A stretch of DNA of 64,000 nucleotides from Acidimicrobiaceae bacterium (GTDB lineage Bacteria > Actinomycetota > Acidimicrobiia > Acidimicrobiales > RAAP-2), in contig PMOQ01000056.1 of assembly GCA_003161255.1 (NCBI GenBank), positions 25,599 through 89,598 on the forward strand. Reading direction: 5' to 3'. Position 1 is the stretch's first letter, and every line of letters starts with the position of its first letter. Made by a program: the position numbers and the translations under genes. The notes beneath the pieces were generated by a model, which did no database searches, had not been told where the DNA came from, and worked only from the letters and a program-made list of their open reading frames with translations. This document shows, in pieces, positions 48,453 to 58,485 of this stretch.

Positions 48453-49121
48453 ATGTCCGAGACCATGGGACTCCAACAGTTCGAGGACCGACTCGAGCGT
48501 CTTGTGGAAGGAACATTGGCCAAACCCTTCCGAAGCAACTTGCAGCCCGTCGAAATCGGACGCCGATTGACGCGGGAAATGGATCTCCATCGCCGGGTGG
48601 GGGTGCGCGGGCTCATCGCGCCCAATTCGTTCTCCGTCACCCTGGCCAAGGCTGATGTCGACCGGTTTTCCAACTTCCTGGACGCGTTGGTGCGGGAGCT
48701 GGCCGAAGCGGCGCGGGAGCACGCACGGAACGAGCAGTACACCTTCGTCGGCCCCATTGATGTCCAGATTCTCGAAGGGCCGCGGCTGCGAGCTGGCCGA
48801 TTCAGCGTCGCTGCCGAGGTCATCGAAGGTCCCGACGGCTTGGTCCCGGCCGAGCTGGTCCTCCCCGGCGGCGGCCGCATCCACATCGAGGCCACGCCCG
48901 TCGTCATCGGCCGCATGCCCGAATGCACCGTCGCCCTGAGCGATCCCAACGTCAGTCGTCGTCACGCCGAGGTGCTTCGGGTCAACGAGGCGTTCGTGGT
49001 GCGTGACCTCGGTTCGACCAACGGGACCAAGGTCAACGGAGCGCCGGTCAGGGAGCAGTACCTCCAGTCCGGCGACAACATCACCGTAGGCTCGACAACC
49101 ATCGTGTTCGAGATGCTGTGA
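48453..49121 (+). CDS. fhaA: FhaA-like protein (DUF3662 N-domain plus C-terminal FHA domain)
   Basis: Internal start MSETMGLQQFEDRLERLVEGTLAKPFRSNLQPVEIGRRL. FHA motifs GRMPECTVALSDPNVSRRHAEV...DLGSTNGTKVNG. Confidence 0.85.
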   Translation: MSETMGLQQFEDRLERLVEGTLAKPFRSNLQPVEIGRRLTREMDLHRRVGVRGLIAPNSFSVTLAKADVDRFSNFLDALVRELAEAAREHARNEQYTFVGPIDVQILEGPRLRAGRFSVAAEVIEGPDGLVPAELVLPGGGRIHIEATPVVIGRMPECTVALSDPNVSRRHAEVLRVNEAFVVRDLGSTNGTKVNGAPVREQYLQSGDNITVGSTTIVFEML

Positions 49122-49134
49122 CGGTGAACGCCCG

Positions 49135-49638
49135 GTGTTCATCGTAGGAACGAACTACTCGGCGATCATTCGACCGCTCCAATGGCTGGTTGTCGCGCTG
49201 ATCTTCCTGTTCTTCCTCCGGGTCATCCGCGCAGTGTTCGTGGAGGTCCGCCCGGCCGGCCCGACCCGCGCCCAGCGCCGAGCGGAGAGAAAGGCGGAGG
49301 AAGCCGATGAGGTCCGGGGAAGGCCACGGGAGACCCGGTCTCGCAAACAGCTGCGTCTCGAGGTGATCGAACCCCGTCAGTACGAAGGGACGATCTACGA
49401 GCTCGACGGTGAAGTGACCGTCGGGCGCTCGAACGGCTGCGCGATCCCGACGACGTACGACTCCTACAGCTCCACCGTCCACGCGCGCCTGTACCGGAGC
49501 GGGGGACAGATCTGGGTCGAGGACCTCGGATCGACCAACGGCACCTTTGTCAACTCGGAGCGGATCTCCCAACCGTCCCGGCTGGCCAAGGGTGACCTGC
49601 TTCAGATCGGCGCGACCGTTTTCGAGGTGCGACGGTGA
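49135..49638 (+). CDS. fhaB: FhaB/FipA-like FHA domain membrane protein
   Basis: N-terminal TM (LQWLVVALIFLFFLRVIRAVF) and a C-terminal FHA domain (GRSNGCAIP...STVHARL...DLGSTNGTFVN). Confidence 0.8.
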   Translation: MFIVGTNYSAIIRPLQWLVVALIFLFFLRVIRAVFVEVRPAGPTRAQRRAERKAEEADEVRGRPRETRSRKQLRLEVIEPRQYEGTIYELDGEVTVGRSNGCAIPTTYDSYSSTVHARLYRSGGQIWVEDLGSTNGTFVNSERISQPSRLAKGDLLQIGATVFEVRR

Positions 49639-51020
49639 CGGTTCTGCGTTCGGGAGTGGCCACCGACATCGGGCGGGCGCGCGACAGCAACGAGGACCGG
49701 GCGTCGGCCGGGGACAACCTTTTCGCCGTCGCCGACGGCATGGGGGGCCACCTGGGCGGGGAGGTGGCCTCACGGGTCGCGGTCGAGACCCTTGAGCGGG
49801 CCTACGAGCGCACCCCGACGATCGCCGGGCTTCGGGAAGCCTTCGCGGCCGCCAACGCGGCGATCTGGGAACAGAGCCTGCGCGTCGATGAGCTCCGGGG
49901 GATGGGCACCACGCTGACCGCAGCCGGGCTCACCGTCGGCACCGACGGACGGGACGTGATGTGCCTGGCCAACGTCGGGGACTCCCGTGCCTATCTCATG
50001 TCGGGTGGCATGGTCCGGCAGGTCACCGCCGACCACAGCCTGGCCGAGGAGCGGGTACGGCACGGCGAGATGACCGAGGCCGAGGCCGAGACCCACCCGC
50101 ACCGGCACATCCTGACGAGGGCGCTCGGGGTCGGGCCGGATGTCGACGTCGACCTATGGGAGTTGCACGTGCAAAGCGGGGACCGGCTGCTCCTGTGCAG
50201 CGACGGTCTCACCAACGAGGTCAGCGTCGAGCAGATCAGCCAGGTCCTCCACTCGGTAAAGGACCCTCGAAAGGCCGCTCGAGCCCTCGTTGACCGCGCC
50301 AACGCCCACGGCGGCAGCGACAACGTCACGGTCGTCGTGGTCGACGTGCTCGTCGGCGAGGACGGGAACGCCGAACCATCGGTCGTGTCCCGCGTGACGG
50401 CGACCGGCGCGCCGGTCGGTGCGTTGCCCGAGACGACGCCGGCCGAGCCCGAGACCGGGCCGGTTCAGGCGGTGCCGTCGACGACCGCGCCGCCGGTGGA
50501 ACCTCGGGCGCCCGCCGTTACGCTCCCGGCCAATGCGGCCAGCGACATGTTCGTCGCGGCGCCGATCACCTCGGCGGTCCGGACCCTTGCGCCTCCCGAG
50601 TACCACCCGCCTCCCAAGGAGGTCGCCCCCCAGCCGAAGGAGACAAGGCGCCAACGCCGACGTCGCCTGGGTGTCCCGAGACGCATCACGGTTCGGGTCG
50701 TTCTGTTCCTCCTGCTGATCCTCGCGGTACCGGCGGGCGGGATCGCCGTCGTCCGTTGGTACTCGATGGACAACTGGTACGTCGCTGTCGACCACGGCCA
50801 CCTCGCGGTGTACCAGGGCCGGCAGGGGGGTTTCCTCGGGTTCAAGCCGAAACTGTTGGACCTGACCGGGGTGACGACAACAGAGGTGCTCCCGTTCCGG
50901 CTGCCGGTGCTCCGCCAGACGGTCAACGAACCCTCGCTCGGTGCGGGCGAGCGCTACATCGCCAATCTCCACCAGGAGTTCATCGCGCAGCGGGACGCCG
51001 CGCCGCTGGGGAGCGAGTAG
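49635..51020 (+). CDS. pstP: PP2C-family Ser/Thr phosphatase PstP with TM and extracellular domain
   Basis: ATDIGRARDSNEDR...FAVADGMGGHLGGEVAS...DNVTVVVVDV, then a TM segment (VVLFLLLILAVPAGGIAVV). GTG overlaps the fhaB stop. Confidence 0.9.
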   Translation: MTVLRSGVATDIGRARDSNEDRASAGDNLFAVADGMGGHLGGEVASRVAVETLERAYERTPTIAGLREAFAAANAAIWEQSLRVDELRGMGTTLTAAGLTVGTDGRDVMCLANVGDSRAYLMSGGMVRQVTADHSLAEERVRHGEMTEAEAETHPHRHILTRALGVGPDVDVDLWELHVQSGDRLLLCSDGLTNEVSVEQISQVLHSVKDPRKAARALVDRANAHGGSDNVTVVVVDVLVGEDGNAEPSVVSRVTATGAPVGALPETTPAEPETGPVQAVPSTTAPPVEPRAPAVTLPANAASDMFVAAPITSAVRTLAPPEYHPPPKEVAPQPKETRRQRRRRLGVPRRITVRVVLFLLLILAVPAGGIAVVRWYSMDNWYVAVDHGHLAVYQGRQGGFLGFKPKLLDLTGVTTTEVLPFRLPVLRQTVNEPSLGAGERYIANLHQEFIAQRDAAPLGSE

Positions 51021-52565
51021 GTGGCTCGCCGGATCCGTTGGCTCGGAGTGGTGCTGATCCTGTGCTTCGGCCTTGTGGTCGTGCAGCTGACCAACATCCA
51101 GTTCCGCAAGGCGTCGGCATTGTCGACGTCCCCGAGCAACCCGGTCAACCGGGTCCCGGACTTCAACAACCAGCGCGGTGAGATCTTCGCGGCGAACGGT
51201 AAGGTGCTCGCCGATTCGGTCCGGGTGGCACCCAAGGGGTCCGACTTCTATCAGTGGCAACGTCAGTATCCGACCGGGGCACTGTTCTCCCAGCTCATCG
51301 GCACGTGCTCGCCGTTCTATTGCGACACCGGGATCGATTCGTACTACAGCGCCCAACTGGGCCTCCACAAGACGTCCGCGCAGACGTTGAGCCAACTGCT
51401 GTCGCCCCCGCCGCCGACGACCGACGACATCACGCTGACCCTCGATCCGACCCTGCAACAGGACGCGATGAACGCGCTGAACAGCCTCCCCGGGCCCAAC
51501 AAGGACGGGGCGATCGTGATCCTCAATCCGAGCACCGGCGCGATCTTGGCCATGGCGTCGACCCCGACGTACGACCCGGCGCCGCTCGTGTCGCTTGACC
51601 AGACGACCGAGACCAACGCTCGCAACCTTTACCACCTGCCCGACGCCGAGGGCTTCATTCCCTTCTACCCGATGGCCACGTACAACGCGCTGCAGCCCGG
51701 CTCCACGGCCAAGGTGCTCACCACCGCGGCGATCTACAACCTGCGCCCCGACCTGGCCACAATCAATCTCCCGGTCCAGCCGTGCCTGACGGGCATTCCC
51801 GACACCAACCAAGAGATCTGCAACGACGCCGACACCGCATCAGCGGCCGGCGCGTGCGGGGGCACGCTGCAAATAATGCTGCCGGAGTCCTGCGACCCCG
51901 GCTTCGCCAAGCTCGGTCTTCTCCTCGGTGGCGACACGCTGGCCGAGCAGGCCGACCTGTTCGGGTTGAACTCGCGGCCCCCGCTCGACATCAGCCCGGA
52001 CGGTTTGGTGCAGCCGTCCGCGTACCCGACCGCCGAGGACATGAGTCCGGGCTGCAATCCGGCCTCCCCGGAGTGCGTCGGCATCCCGGGCCAGGCCTAC
52101 TCGGCGTTCGGGCAGCAGGACGTGGAGACGACCGCGCTCGAGAACGCCCTGATCGCGGCGGGCATCGCGAACGGGGGAGCGGTCATGACCCCCCATTTCT
52201 TGGAGAAGATCACCAACTCGCAGGGTCAGGTGGTCGAGACCTACAAGCCCACCGTCTGGAAGCAGGCCACGTCACCGCAGGCCGCCGCGCAGGTCATCCC
52301 GCTGATGCAGGCGGTGGCGACGTCGGGAACCGCGTCCGGTGACCATTTCCCCTCCTCCCTCGACGTGGCCGTGAAGACCGGCACCGCCCAGATCGAGGTC
52401 AACAACGTGATCACTTCGGTGCACGACTGGATGATCGGCTTCGCGCCGGCGAGCGCCCCCAAGGTCGCGATCGCGGTGGTCATCCCCTACCAGCCGACGA
52501 GCACCCAGGGGGCCACGGTCGCCGGGCCGGTCGTAAGACAGATGCTCGAGGACGCCCTCGGATGA
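51021..52565 (+). CDS. pbpA: class B penicillin-binding protein (PbpA-type transpeptidase)
   Basis: N-terminal TM, STAK active-site motif (PGSTAKVLT), KTGTAQ motif. GTG 51021 immediately follows the pstP stop. Confidence 0.85.
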   Translation: MARRIRWLGVVLILCFGLVVVQLTNIQFRKASALSTSPSNPVNRVPDFNNQRGEIFAANGKVLADSVRVAPKGSDFYQWQRQYPTGALFSQLIGTCSPFYCDTGIDSYYSAQLGLHKTSAQTLSQLLSPPPPTTDDITLTLDPTLQQDAMNALNSLPGPNKDGAIVILNPSTGAILAMASTPTYDPAPLVSLDQTTETNARNLYHLPDAEGFIPFYPMATYNALQPGSTAKVLTTAAIYNLRPDLATINLPVQPCLTGIPDTNQEICNDADTASAAGACGGTLQIMLPESCDPGFAKLGLLLGGDTLAEQADLFGLNSRPPLDISPDGLVQPSAYPTAEDMSPGCNPASPECVGIPGQAYSAFGQQDVETTALENALIAAGIANGGAVMTPHFLEKITNSQGQVVETYKPTVWKQATSPQAAAQVIPLMQAVATSGTASGDHFPSSLDVAVKTGTAQIEVNNVITSVHDWMIGFAPASAPKVAIAVVIPYQPTSTQGATVAGPVVRQMLEDALG

Positions 52566-52641
52566 CCCACCCCCGAGCTACCCACGGGACCCCTCGCGGT
52601 CGCCTTTGGCGCCGCGCGCGGACGCGTAGGCTCTGACCGCC

Positions 52642-54558
52642 ATGCAGCCAGTCGAGGTGCCCCGCGTGTTCTCGGAACGCTACGAGCTGACCCATCTGAT
52701 CGCCCGCGGCGGCATGGCCGAGGTCTACCGGGCCCGTGACCGGCTGCTCGACCGCCCGGTGGCCCTGAAGGTCCTCTTCCCAGAGCTCTCGGTGGACCGG
52801 GCGTTCGTGGAGCGGTTCCGCCGGGAGGCCCAGGCCGCCGCCAAGCTCTCCCATCCCAACATCGTCCCGGTGTTCGACTGGGGCGAGGACTCGGGCTCGT
52901 ACTTCATCGTCATGGAGTTCGTCGACGGCCGTGCGCTTTCGGCGGTGCTGCGAGAGTCCGGCCCGCTCGACCCGACCAGGGCCGCCGAGATCGCCGCGCA
53001 GGTCGCGGCGGCGCTGGCCTCCGCCCACCGCCACGGCGTGGTCCACCGCGACATCAAGCCGGGCAACGTCCTCATCACCGAGGACGGCGGGGTGAAGGTC
53101 ACCGACTTCGGGATCGCGCGGGCCATCAACACCGAAGAGAGCCTCACCCAGACCGGTGCCGTGATGGGGACGGCGACCTACTTCTCGCCCGAGCAGGCCG
53201 AAGGGATCGGGGTCGACGCCCGCACCGACATCTACTCGCTGGGCGTCGTGCTGTTCGAGATGCTGACCGGCCGGCCCCCGTTCCTCGGCGACACGCCCGT
53301 CTCGGTGGCGGGCAAGCACGTCCGGGACATTCCGCCGATGCCCCGCGACCTGCTCGAGACGATCCCGGTCGAGCTCGAGGCCGTGACCATGAAGGCCATG
53401 GCGAAGACGCCCGACCAGCGCTACGACAACGCCGAGGACTTTCGGGCCGACCTGCTTCGGTTCCTGGGCGGCCAGCCCGTCGTGGCGTCGCCGGCCAACG
53501 GGAGCAACGCGGTCACCGGCGTGATCGGAGCCGTCGGCGCGACCCAGGCGGTCGACGCGGCCCCCCGCACCGGCTCGTTCCCCCGCATCATCAGCCGCTC
53601 GCGGGAGCCGAAGACAACCGAGGAGCGCCGGGGCAAGGGCTGGATCGCCTTGCTGGTCGTGCTGCTGGTCGCGCTGGCGGTCGTCGCGTACCTGCTCGTC
53701 AGCACCTTCGCGGGCGGGTTCGCCCTCCCGAACGTGGAGGGCAAGCCGGTCGCCCAGGCGTCCTCGATCCTGGCGGCCAAGGGCCTGGTCATCGGAACGA
53801 CCACGAACGCGGCCAACACCGCACCGGTCGGCACCGTCGTGCGGACCGACCCCGCACCCGGCACCAATGTCTCGAAGAAGGCGGTCGTGAACCTGGTTGT
53901 CAGCGCGGGCGAGGCCGAGACACAGGTCCCACAGGTGGTCGGCCAGGAGCTGGAGACCGCCGAGGTGCTGATCTCGAACGCCCATCTGAACGCAAAGGTG
54001 AAATTCGTGAGCAGCGGCGGCCAGCAGAACGTCGTCTTGTCCCAGACGCCGTCGGCCGGCACGAAGATCCGCAACGGCAGGATCGTGGTCATCTCGCTCC
54101 CCAACCCGACCAACCAGGTCGGGGTGCCGAGCCTCGTCAACGAGACGCCGGCGCAGGCCTCCATCTCGCTCACCGACGCCGGGCTCAGCGTCGGGTCACA
54201 GAACTCGGTGTGCTCGAACTCCACCCCCTCCGGACAGGTCTCGGGCTCCAACCCGCCCGCGGGCACCCAGGTGGCCAGGGGCTCGTCGGTCGGCCTCACC
54301 GTCTCGACCGGGAACTGCTCGGTCGTCGTCCAGGGCGTGATCGGGCAGAGCCAGATGGACGCCACCGGCGTGCTCCAGGGCCAGGGACTGACCGTGCAGG
54401 TGGCCAACACGATGACGTGCGTCCCGTCTCAGAACGGCAACGTGACCGACCAGAGCCCGGCCGCGGGAACCCAGGTAAACCTGCCGGCGACAGCGACTAT
54501 CACCGTCTGCAGCGCGCCGTCGCCCACGACCACGACCACGACCTCGACGACCTTCTAG
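52642..54558 (+). CDS. pknB: Ser/Thr protein kinase PknB with extracellular PASTA repeats
   Basis: YELTHLIARGGMAEVYRA, HRDIKPGNVLI, DFGIAR, a TM segment (WIALLVVLLVALAVVAYLLV), then about four PASTA-like repeats. Confidence 0.9.
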   Translation: MQPVEVPRVFSERYELTHLIARGGMAEVYRARDRLLDRPVALKVLFPELSVDRAFVERFRREAQAAAKLSHPNIVPVFDWGEDSGSYFIVMEFVDGRALSAVLRESGPLDPTRAAEIAAQVAAALASAHRHGVVHRDIKPGNVLITEDGGVKVTDFGIARAINTEESLTQTGAVMGTATYFSPEQAEGIGVDARTDIYSLGVVLFEMLTGRPPFLGDTPVSVAGKHVRDIPPMPRDLLETIPVELEAVTMKAMAKTPDQRYDNAEDFRADLLRFLGGQPVVASPANGSNAVTGVIGAVGATQAVDAAPRTGSFPRIISRSREPKTTEERRGKGWIALLVVLLVALAVVAYLLVSTFAGGFALPNVEGKPVAQASSILAAKGLVIGTTTNAANTAPVGTVVRTDPAPGTNVSKKAVVNLVVSAGEAETQVPQVVGQELETAEVLISNAHLNAKVKFVSSGGQQNVVLSQTPSAGTKIRNGRIVVISLPNPTNQVGVPSLVNETPAQASISLTDAGLSVGSQNSVCSNSTPSGQVSGSNPPAGTQVARGSSVGLTVSTGNCSVVVQGVIGQSQMDATGVLQGQGLTVQVANTMTCVPSQNGNVTDQSPAAGTQVNLPATATITVCSAPSPTTTTTTSTTF

Positions 54559-54562
54559 CGGC

Positions 54563-55156
54563 TCAGGAGACCAGCTGGCCTAGGAAGTTCGCGAGCAAAT
54601 TTGGCCCCGACGGCGTGAGGATCGATTCGGGGTGGAACTGGACTCCCTCGACCGCCAGCTCCCGGTGGCGCAGGCCCATCACGACCCCGTCGCTCGTCCT
54701 GGCCGTGACCTCGAGCAGGTCGGGCACCGACGCGGGCTCGATGACCAGGGAGTGGTACCGGGTCGCGACGAACGGATCGGGCAGCCCGGCGAAGACCCCG
54801 CGGCCATCGTGGTGGATCTGCGAGGTCTTGCCGTGCATAAGCGTCGGTGCCGAGACGACCAGTCCGCCGTAGACCTCGCCGATGCACTGGTGGCCGAGGC
54901 ACACGCCGAGGATCGGGATCTCGCCGGCGAAGGTCCGGACCACGTCCATGCTCACGCCGGCCGATTCGGGGCGCCCGGGGCCCGGCGAGATGACGATGGC
55001 GTCGGGTGCGGCTGCCCGGATGCCGTCCACGTCGATGGCGTCGTTGCGGAAGACGTCCGGCTCGGCGCCGAGCTCTCCGAGCTCCTGGACGAGGTTGTAG
55101 ACGAACGAGTCGTAGTTGTCGATGAGCAGGACCCGAGCCCCCATGGTGGGCGCCAT
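54563..55156 (-). CDS. trpG: anthranilate / aminodeoxychorismate synthase glutamine amidotransferase component
   Basis: VLLIDNYDSFVYNLVQ..., GVCLGHQ (catalytic Cys), GVQFHPES. 197 aa. Confidence 0.85.
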   Translation of the reverse strand: MAPTMGARVLLIDNYDSFVYNLVQELGELGAEPDVFRNDAIDVDGIRAAAPDAIVISPGPGRPESAGVSMDVVRTFAGEIPILGVCLGHQCIGEVYGGLVVSAPTLMHGKTSQIHHDGRGVFAGLPDPFVATRYHSLVIEPASVPDLLEVTARTSDGVVMGLRHRELAVEGVQFHPESILTPSGPNLLANFLGQLVS

Positions 55157-55191
55157 GGTAATGGGTGGGCCCCAATCGCTAGTGTCGAGCC

Positions 55192-55527
55192 ATGGCTCCC
55201 AAGACCACCAGCGGGCCCGGGCGCGCCCAGCGCAAGGGGCGTTCCGAGGGGCGGGCCACCGCCAAGGCCGCAGCGCCCCCGACCGGCGGCGTGGGCCGCT
55301 ACACGCCGCCGGAGCAGAGCGGTCGCTACACGAGGCCGGTCCCGAAGGAGATCCGTCGCAGCGCGCGCTGGTTCGGACCGTCGATCCTGTTCCTCATGAT
55401 CTTCGGGGTCTTGATGATCCTGCTCAACTACCTGACCGTGCTGCCCGGATCGGTGACGATCTGGTACCTGGTCGCAGGCCTGGTGGTCATCTTCGTCGCC
55501 TTCATGATGGCGACGCGCTATCACTGA
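55192..55527 (+). CDS. crgA: cell division protein CrgA
   Basis: 111 aa. Basic N-terminus with YTPP...RYTRPVP, two TM segments (WFGPSILFLMIFGVLMILLNYL; WYLVAGLVVIFVAFMMATRY). TAGTGT lies 6 nt upstream of the ATG. Confidence 0.8.
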   Translation: MAPKTTSGPGRAQRKGRSEGRATAKAAAPPTGGVGRYTPPEQSGRYTRPVPKEIRRSARWFGPSILFLMIFGVLMILLNYLTVLPGSVTIWYLVAGLVVIFVAFMMATRYH

Positions 55528-55541
55528 CCCCCTCGGGGAGC

Positions 55542-56720
55542 TCAGCCCATGCGTTCGATGATGACGGCGTTGGCCAAGCCACCGCCCTCGCACATGGTGA
55601 GCAGGCCGTAGCGGCCGCTCGTCCGCTCGAGCTCGTTCAGCAGCGTGGCCAGCAGCTTGGCCCCGGACGCGCCGAGTGGGTGCCCGAGTGCGATCGCCCC
55701 GCCGTTCACGTTGACCTTCTCCATGTCGGGGTGGAATTCCTTCTCCCAGGCCAGCACGACCGACGCGAACGCCTCGTTGATCTCGACGGCGTCGATGTCC
55801 TCGATGGTCAGCTTGGCCCGCTCGAGGACCTTCTTGGTGGCCGGGATCGGGCCGGTCAGCATGGTCACGGGGTCGGCACCTGCGACCGCGAAGCTGACGA
55901 ACCGGGCCCGGGGGGTGTAGCCGAGCGATGCGGCCCGCTCCTCGCTCATGATGAGCGCGGCCGAGGCCCCGTCGGTGATCTGGGAGGAGTTGCCGGCCGT
56001 GATCTTGCCGTCGGTCTTGAAGGCCGGCTTGAGCGAGGCCAGGACCTCGGCCGTCGTGTCCGGCCGGATCCCCTCGTCGGTCTTGATGGTCTCCTTGGTG
56101 TCGTTCCCCTCGTCGTCTCGGATCGCGACCTCGATGATCTCGTTCTCGAACCGCCCCTCGGCGGTGGCCCGGCCGGCCCGTTGCTGGCTCCGGGCCCCGA
56201 ACGCGTCGAGGTCCTGGCGCGAGAGGTTCCACTGGTCGGCGATCATCTCGGCGCCGATGCCCTGGCTGACGAGGCCGCCGACCGGGGCGTAGCGGGCGTT
56301 CACCCGCGGGCCGAACGGGAAGCCGACCTCGCGAACGATCGATGCGCCCATCGGGACCCGGGTCATGGCCTCGACGCCGGAGGCGACAACCATGTCGTAG
56401 GCACCGGCCATGACGCCCTGGGCGGCGAAGTGGACCGCCTGCTGGGACGACCCGCACTGGCGGTCGACGGTCGTCGCCGGGACCGACTCGGGCCAACCCG
56501 CCGCAAGGACCGCCGAGCGCCCGATGTTGAGGGATTGCTCCCCGACCTGCATGACGCAGCCGGTGATGACGTCGTCGATCTGCGCAGGGTCGAACCCGTT
56601 GCGCTCTTGGAGGGCCTTCAACGGCTCGGAGGCCAGGTCGACGGCGTGCCAGTTGCGCAGCTTCCCGTTGCGCTTCCCCCCGGCGGTGCGAACGGCATCG
56701 ACGATGACGGCGGTGGTCAT
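55542..56720 (-). CDS. acetyl-CoA C-acyltransferase (thiolase)
   Basis: 392 aa. VDRQCGSSQQAV (active-site Cys), NVNGGAIALGHPLGASG, CEGGGLANA. Confidence 0.9.
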   Translation of the reverse strand: MTTAVIVDAVRTAGGKRNGKLRNWHAVDLASEPLKALQERNGFDPAQIDDVITGCVMQVGEQSLNIGRSAVLAAGWPESVPATTVDRQCGSSQQAVHFAAQGVMAGAYDMVVASGVEAMTRVPMGASIVREVGFPFGPRVNARYAPVGGLVSQGIGAEMIADQWNLSRQDLDAFGARSQQRAGRATAEGRFENEIIEVAIRDDEGNDTKETIKTDEGIRPDTTAEVLASLKPAFKTDGKITAGNSSQITDGASAALIMSEERAASLGYTPRARFVSFAVAGADPVTMLTGPIPATKKVLERAKLTIEDIDAVEINEAFASVVLAWEKEFHPDMEKVNVNGGAIALGHPLGASGAKLLATLLNELERTSGRYGLLTMCEGGGLANAVIIERMG

Positions 56721-56820
56721 GGGTTCTCCTTCCGGCCGGTCGCTATATCCCGGCCACGGACGGCGTCATGCTATCCGGCCACCTTGGGGGCCCGTCCGGG
56801 CCACGTGTAGCGTCGCCCGG

Positions 56821-57297
56821 ATGAGCGAGACCACCGGGTCAACATCTCCAGAGGCCCGCACGGCCCGCGACATGGACCGATGGCTGGGCGACGGCGGCAT
56901 GCCGATCATCGGCCAGGTCGGCGGGTCGCTCGAGTCCTACGGCGTCGACGGCGAGGACCTCGGCTGGGTGGAGGGGTCGTTCTCCCCGACCGAGCTCGCC
57001 TGCAATCCCGGCGGCATCGTCCAGGCCGGGGTACACTCGCTGCTCCTCGACGCGTGCATCAACTTCGCCATCAATGCGGCCCTGCCCCGGGGGGACCGGG
57101 CGCGGGCCACCCTCGAGCTCAAGACCGAGACCATGCGGGCGGCGAGCCAGGGCACCACCTACCGCCTCCGGGGCGAGGTGGTCCGCATGGCCAAGCAGGT
57201 CGCCTATGGCGAAGCGACCGTGCGGACCGCGGAAGGCGAGTTGTACACCCGGGCGACCGGGACCTTCCTGCTGCACCGGGCCGAGGGCGGCGCCTAG
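56821..57297 (+). CDS. PaaI-family (hotdog fold) thioesterase
   Basis: Internal start MSETTGSTSPE... of ORF 56410..57297. NPGGIVQAGVHSLLLDACINFAI is typical of the 4HBT/PaaI family. TAGCGT lies 7 nt upstream of the ATG. Confidence 0.75.
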   Translation: MSETTGSTSPEARTARDMDRWLGDGGMPIIGQVGGSLESYGVDGEDLGWVEGSFSPTELACNPGGIVQAGVHSLLLDACINFAINAALPRGDRARATLELKTETMRAASQGTTYRLRGEVVRMAKQVAYGEATVRTAEGELYTRATGTFLLHRAEGGA

Positions 57298-58259
57298 GAC
57301 CCGATGTGGTCCGCCGGCACGGTGCCCAACCGGCCGGCCTGGAAGTCCTCGAACGCCTGGGCGATCTCGGCCCGGGTGTTCATCACGAACGGGCCGTAGG
57401 CGGCGACGGGTTCGCGGATCGGGGCGCCCCCGAGGACGAGCACATCGAGCCCGGGCACGTCGGCATCCTGGGTCGTGTCGGCCTCGAGCACGATCGCGTC
57501 CCCGGCGCCGTGGACGGCCAGCTGCCCCATCGAGAACGGCCGACGGTCCTCGCCGACCGTGCCCCGGCCGGCGAGGGCGTACGCGAGCGCGTTGAACTCG
57601 GGCGCCCAGGGGAGCACGAGGCGCGAACCGGGAGCCAGGGTCGCGTGCACGAGCGCGATCGGGGTGTGGGTCATCCCGGGTCCCCGGTGGCCGGCCACGT
57701 CGCCCGCGATCACTCGGACCAGGGTCCCGCCGTCGGGGGAGGACAGCAGGGCCGTCGCGTCAGGCTTGATGTCCTGGTAGCGGGGATCGGTCCACTTGGA
57801 GGCGGCCGGGAGGTTCACCCACAGCTGGATGCCATGGAACAGGCCCCCGCTCACCACGAGCGACTCCGGTGGCCGCTCGATGTGCAAGATGCCCGAGCCG
57901 GCAGTCATCCATTGGGTGGTCCCGTCGGTGATGATGCCGCCGCCGCCGATCGAGTCCTGGTGCTGGAAGATCCCGTCGATCATGTAGGTCACGGTCTCGA
58001 ATCCGCGGTGGGGGTGCCAGGGCGTGCCCTTCGGCTCACCGGGGCCGTAGTTCACCTCACCCATCTGGTCCATGTGGACGAACGGGTCGAGATCCGCCAC
58101 AGAGACGCCGGCGAAGGCGCGCCGGACCGGGAAGCCCTCGCCCTCGAACCCCGTTGGTGCGGACGTCACGCTCTTGACCGAGCGTACGGTTAGATTCGCC
58201 GGGTCGGCTACCTCGATCCGGTCCAAGACGAGCAGGTCATCGACTGTTACCGCAGGCAT
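57294..58259 (-). CDS. pirin family protein
   Basis: Internal start MPAVTVDD... GFPVRRAF..., PWHPHRGFETVTYMIDG, MTAGSGILHIE. AGGAGG lies upstream of ATG 58259. Confidence 0.85.
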   Translation of the reverse strand: MPAVTVDDLLVLDRIEVADPANLTVRSVKSVTSAPTGFEGEGFPVRRAFAGVSVADLDPFVHMDQMGEVNYGPGEPKGTPWHPHRGFETVTYMIDGIFQHQDSIGGGGIITDGTTQWMTAGSGILHIERPPESLVVSGGLFHGIQLWVNLPAASKWTDPRYQDIKPDATALLSSPDGGTLVRVIAGDVAGHRGPGMTHTPIALVHATLAPGSRLVLPWAPEFNALAYALAGRGTVGEDRRPFSMGQLAVHGAGDAIVLEADTTQDADVPGLDVLVLGGAPIREPVAAYGPFVMNTRAEIAQAFEDFQAGRLGTVPADHIGS

Positions 58260-58485
58260 AGCGAACCTCCTGACATCCACCCGACGGGGTGGCCACACGT
58301 TCAAACACCTCGAGCCCGACGGCGATTCCCGCCGCGCCGGCGTGCCGACGACGCCCTGGACCCGGCTCACCGGGACTGCGCACAGGGACTAGATGAGACC
58401 GATGCCGTTGAACACGGTAGTGAGTCGGTTGGACCTGGCCGTAAGGTCACGCCTGGGACAGCCGATATTTGTGAGGAGCTCAACG

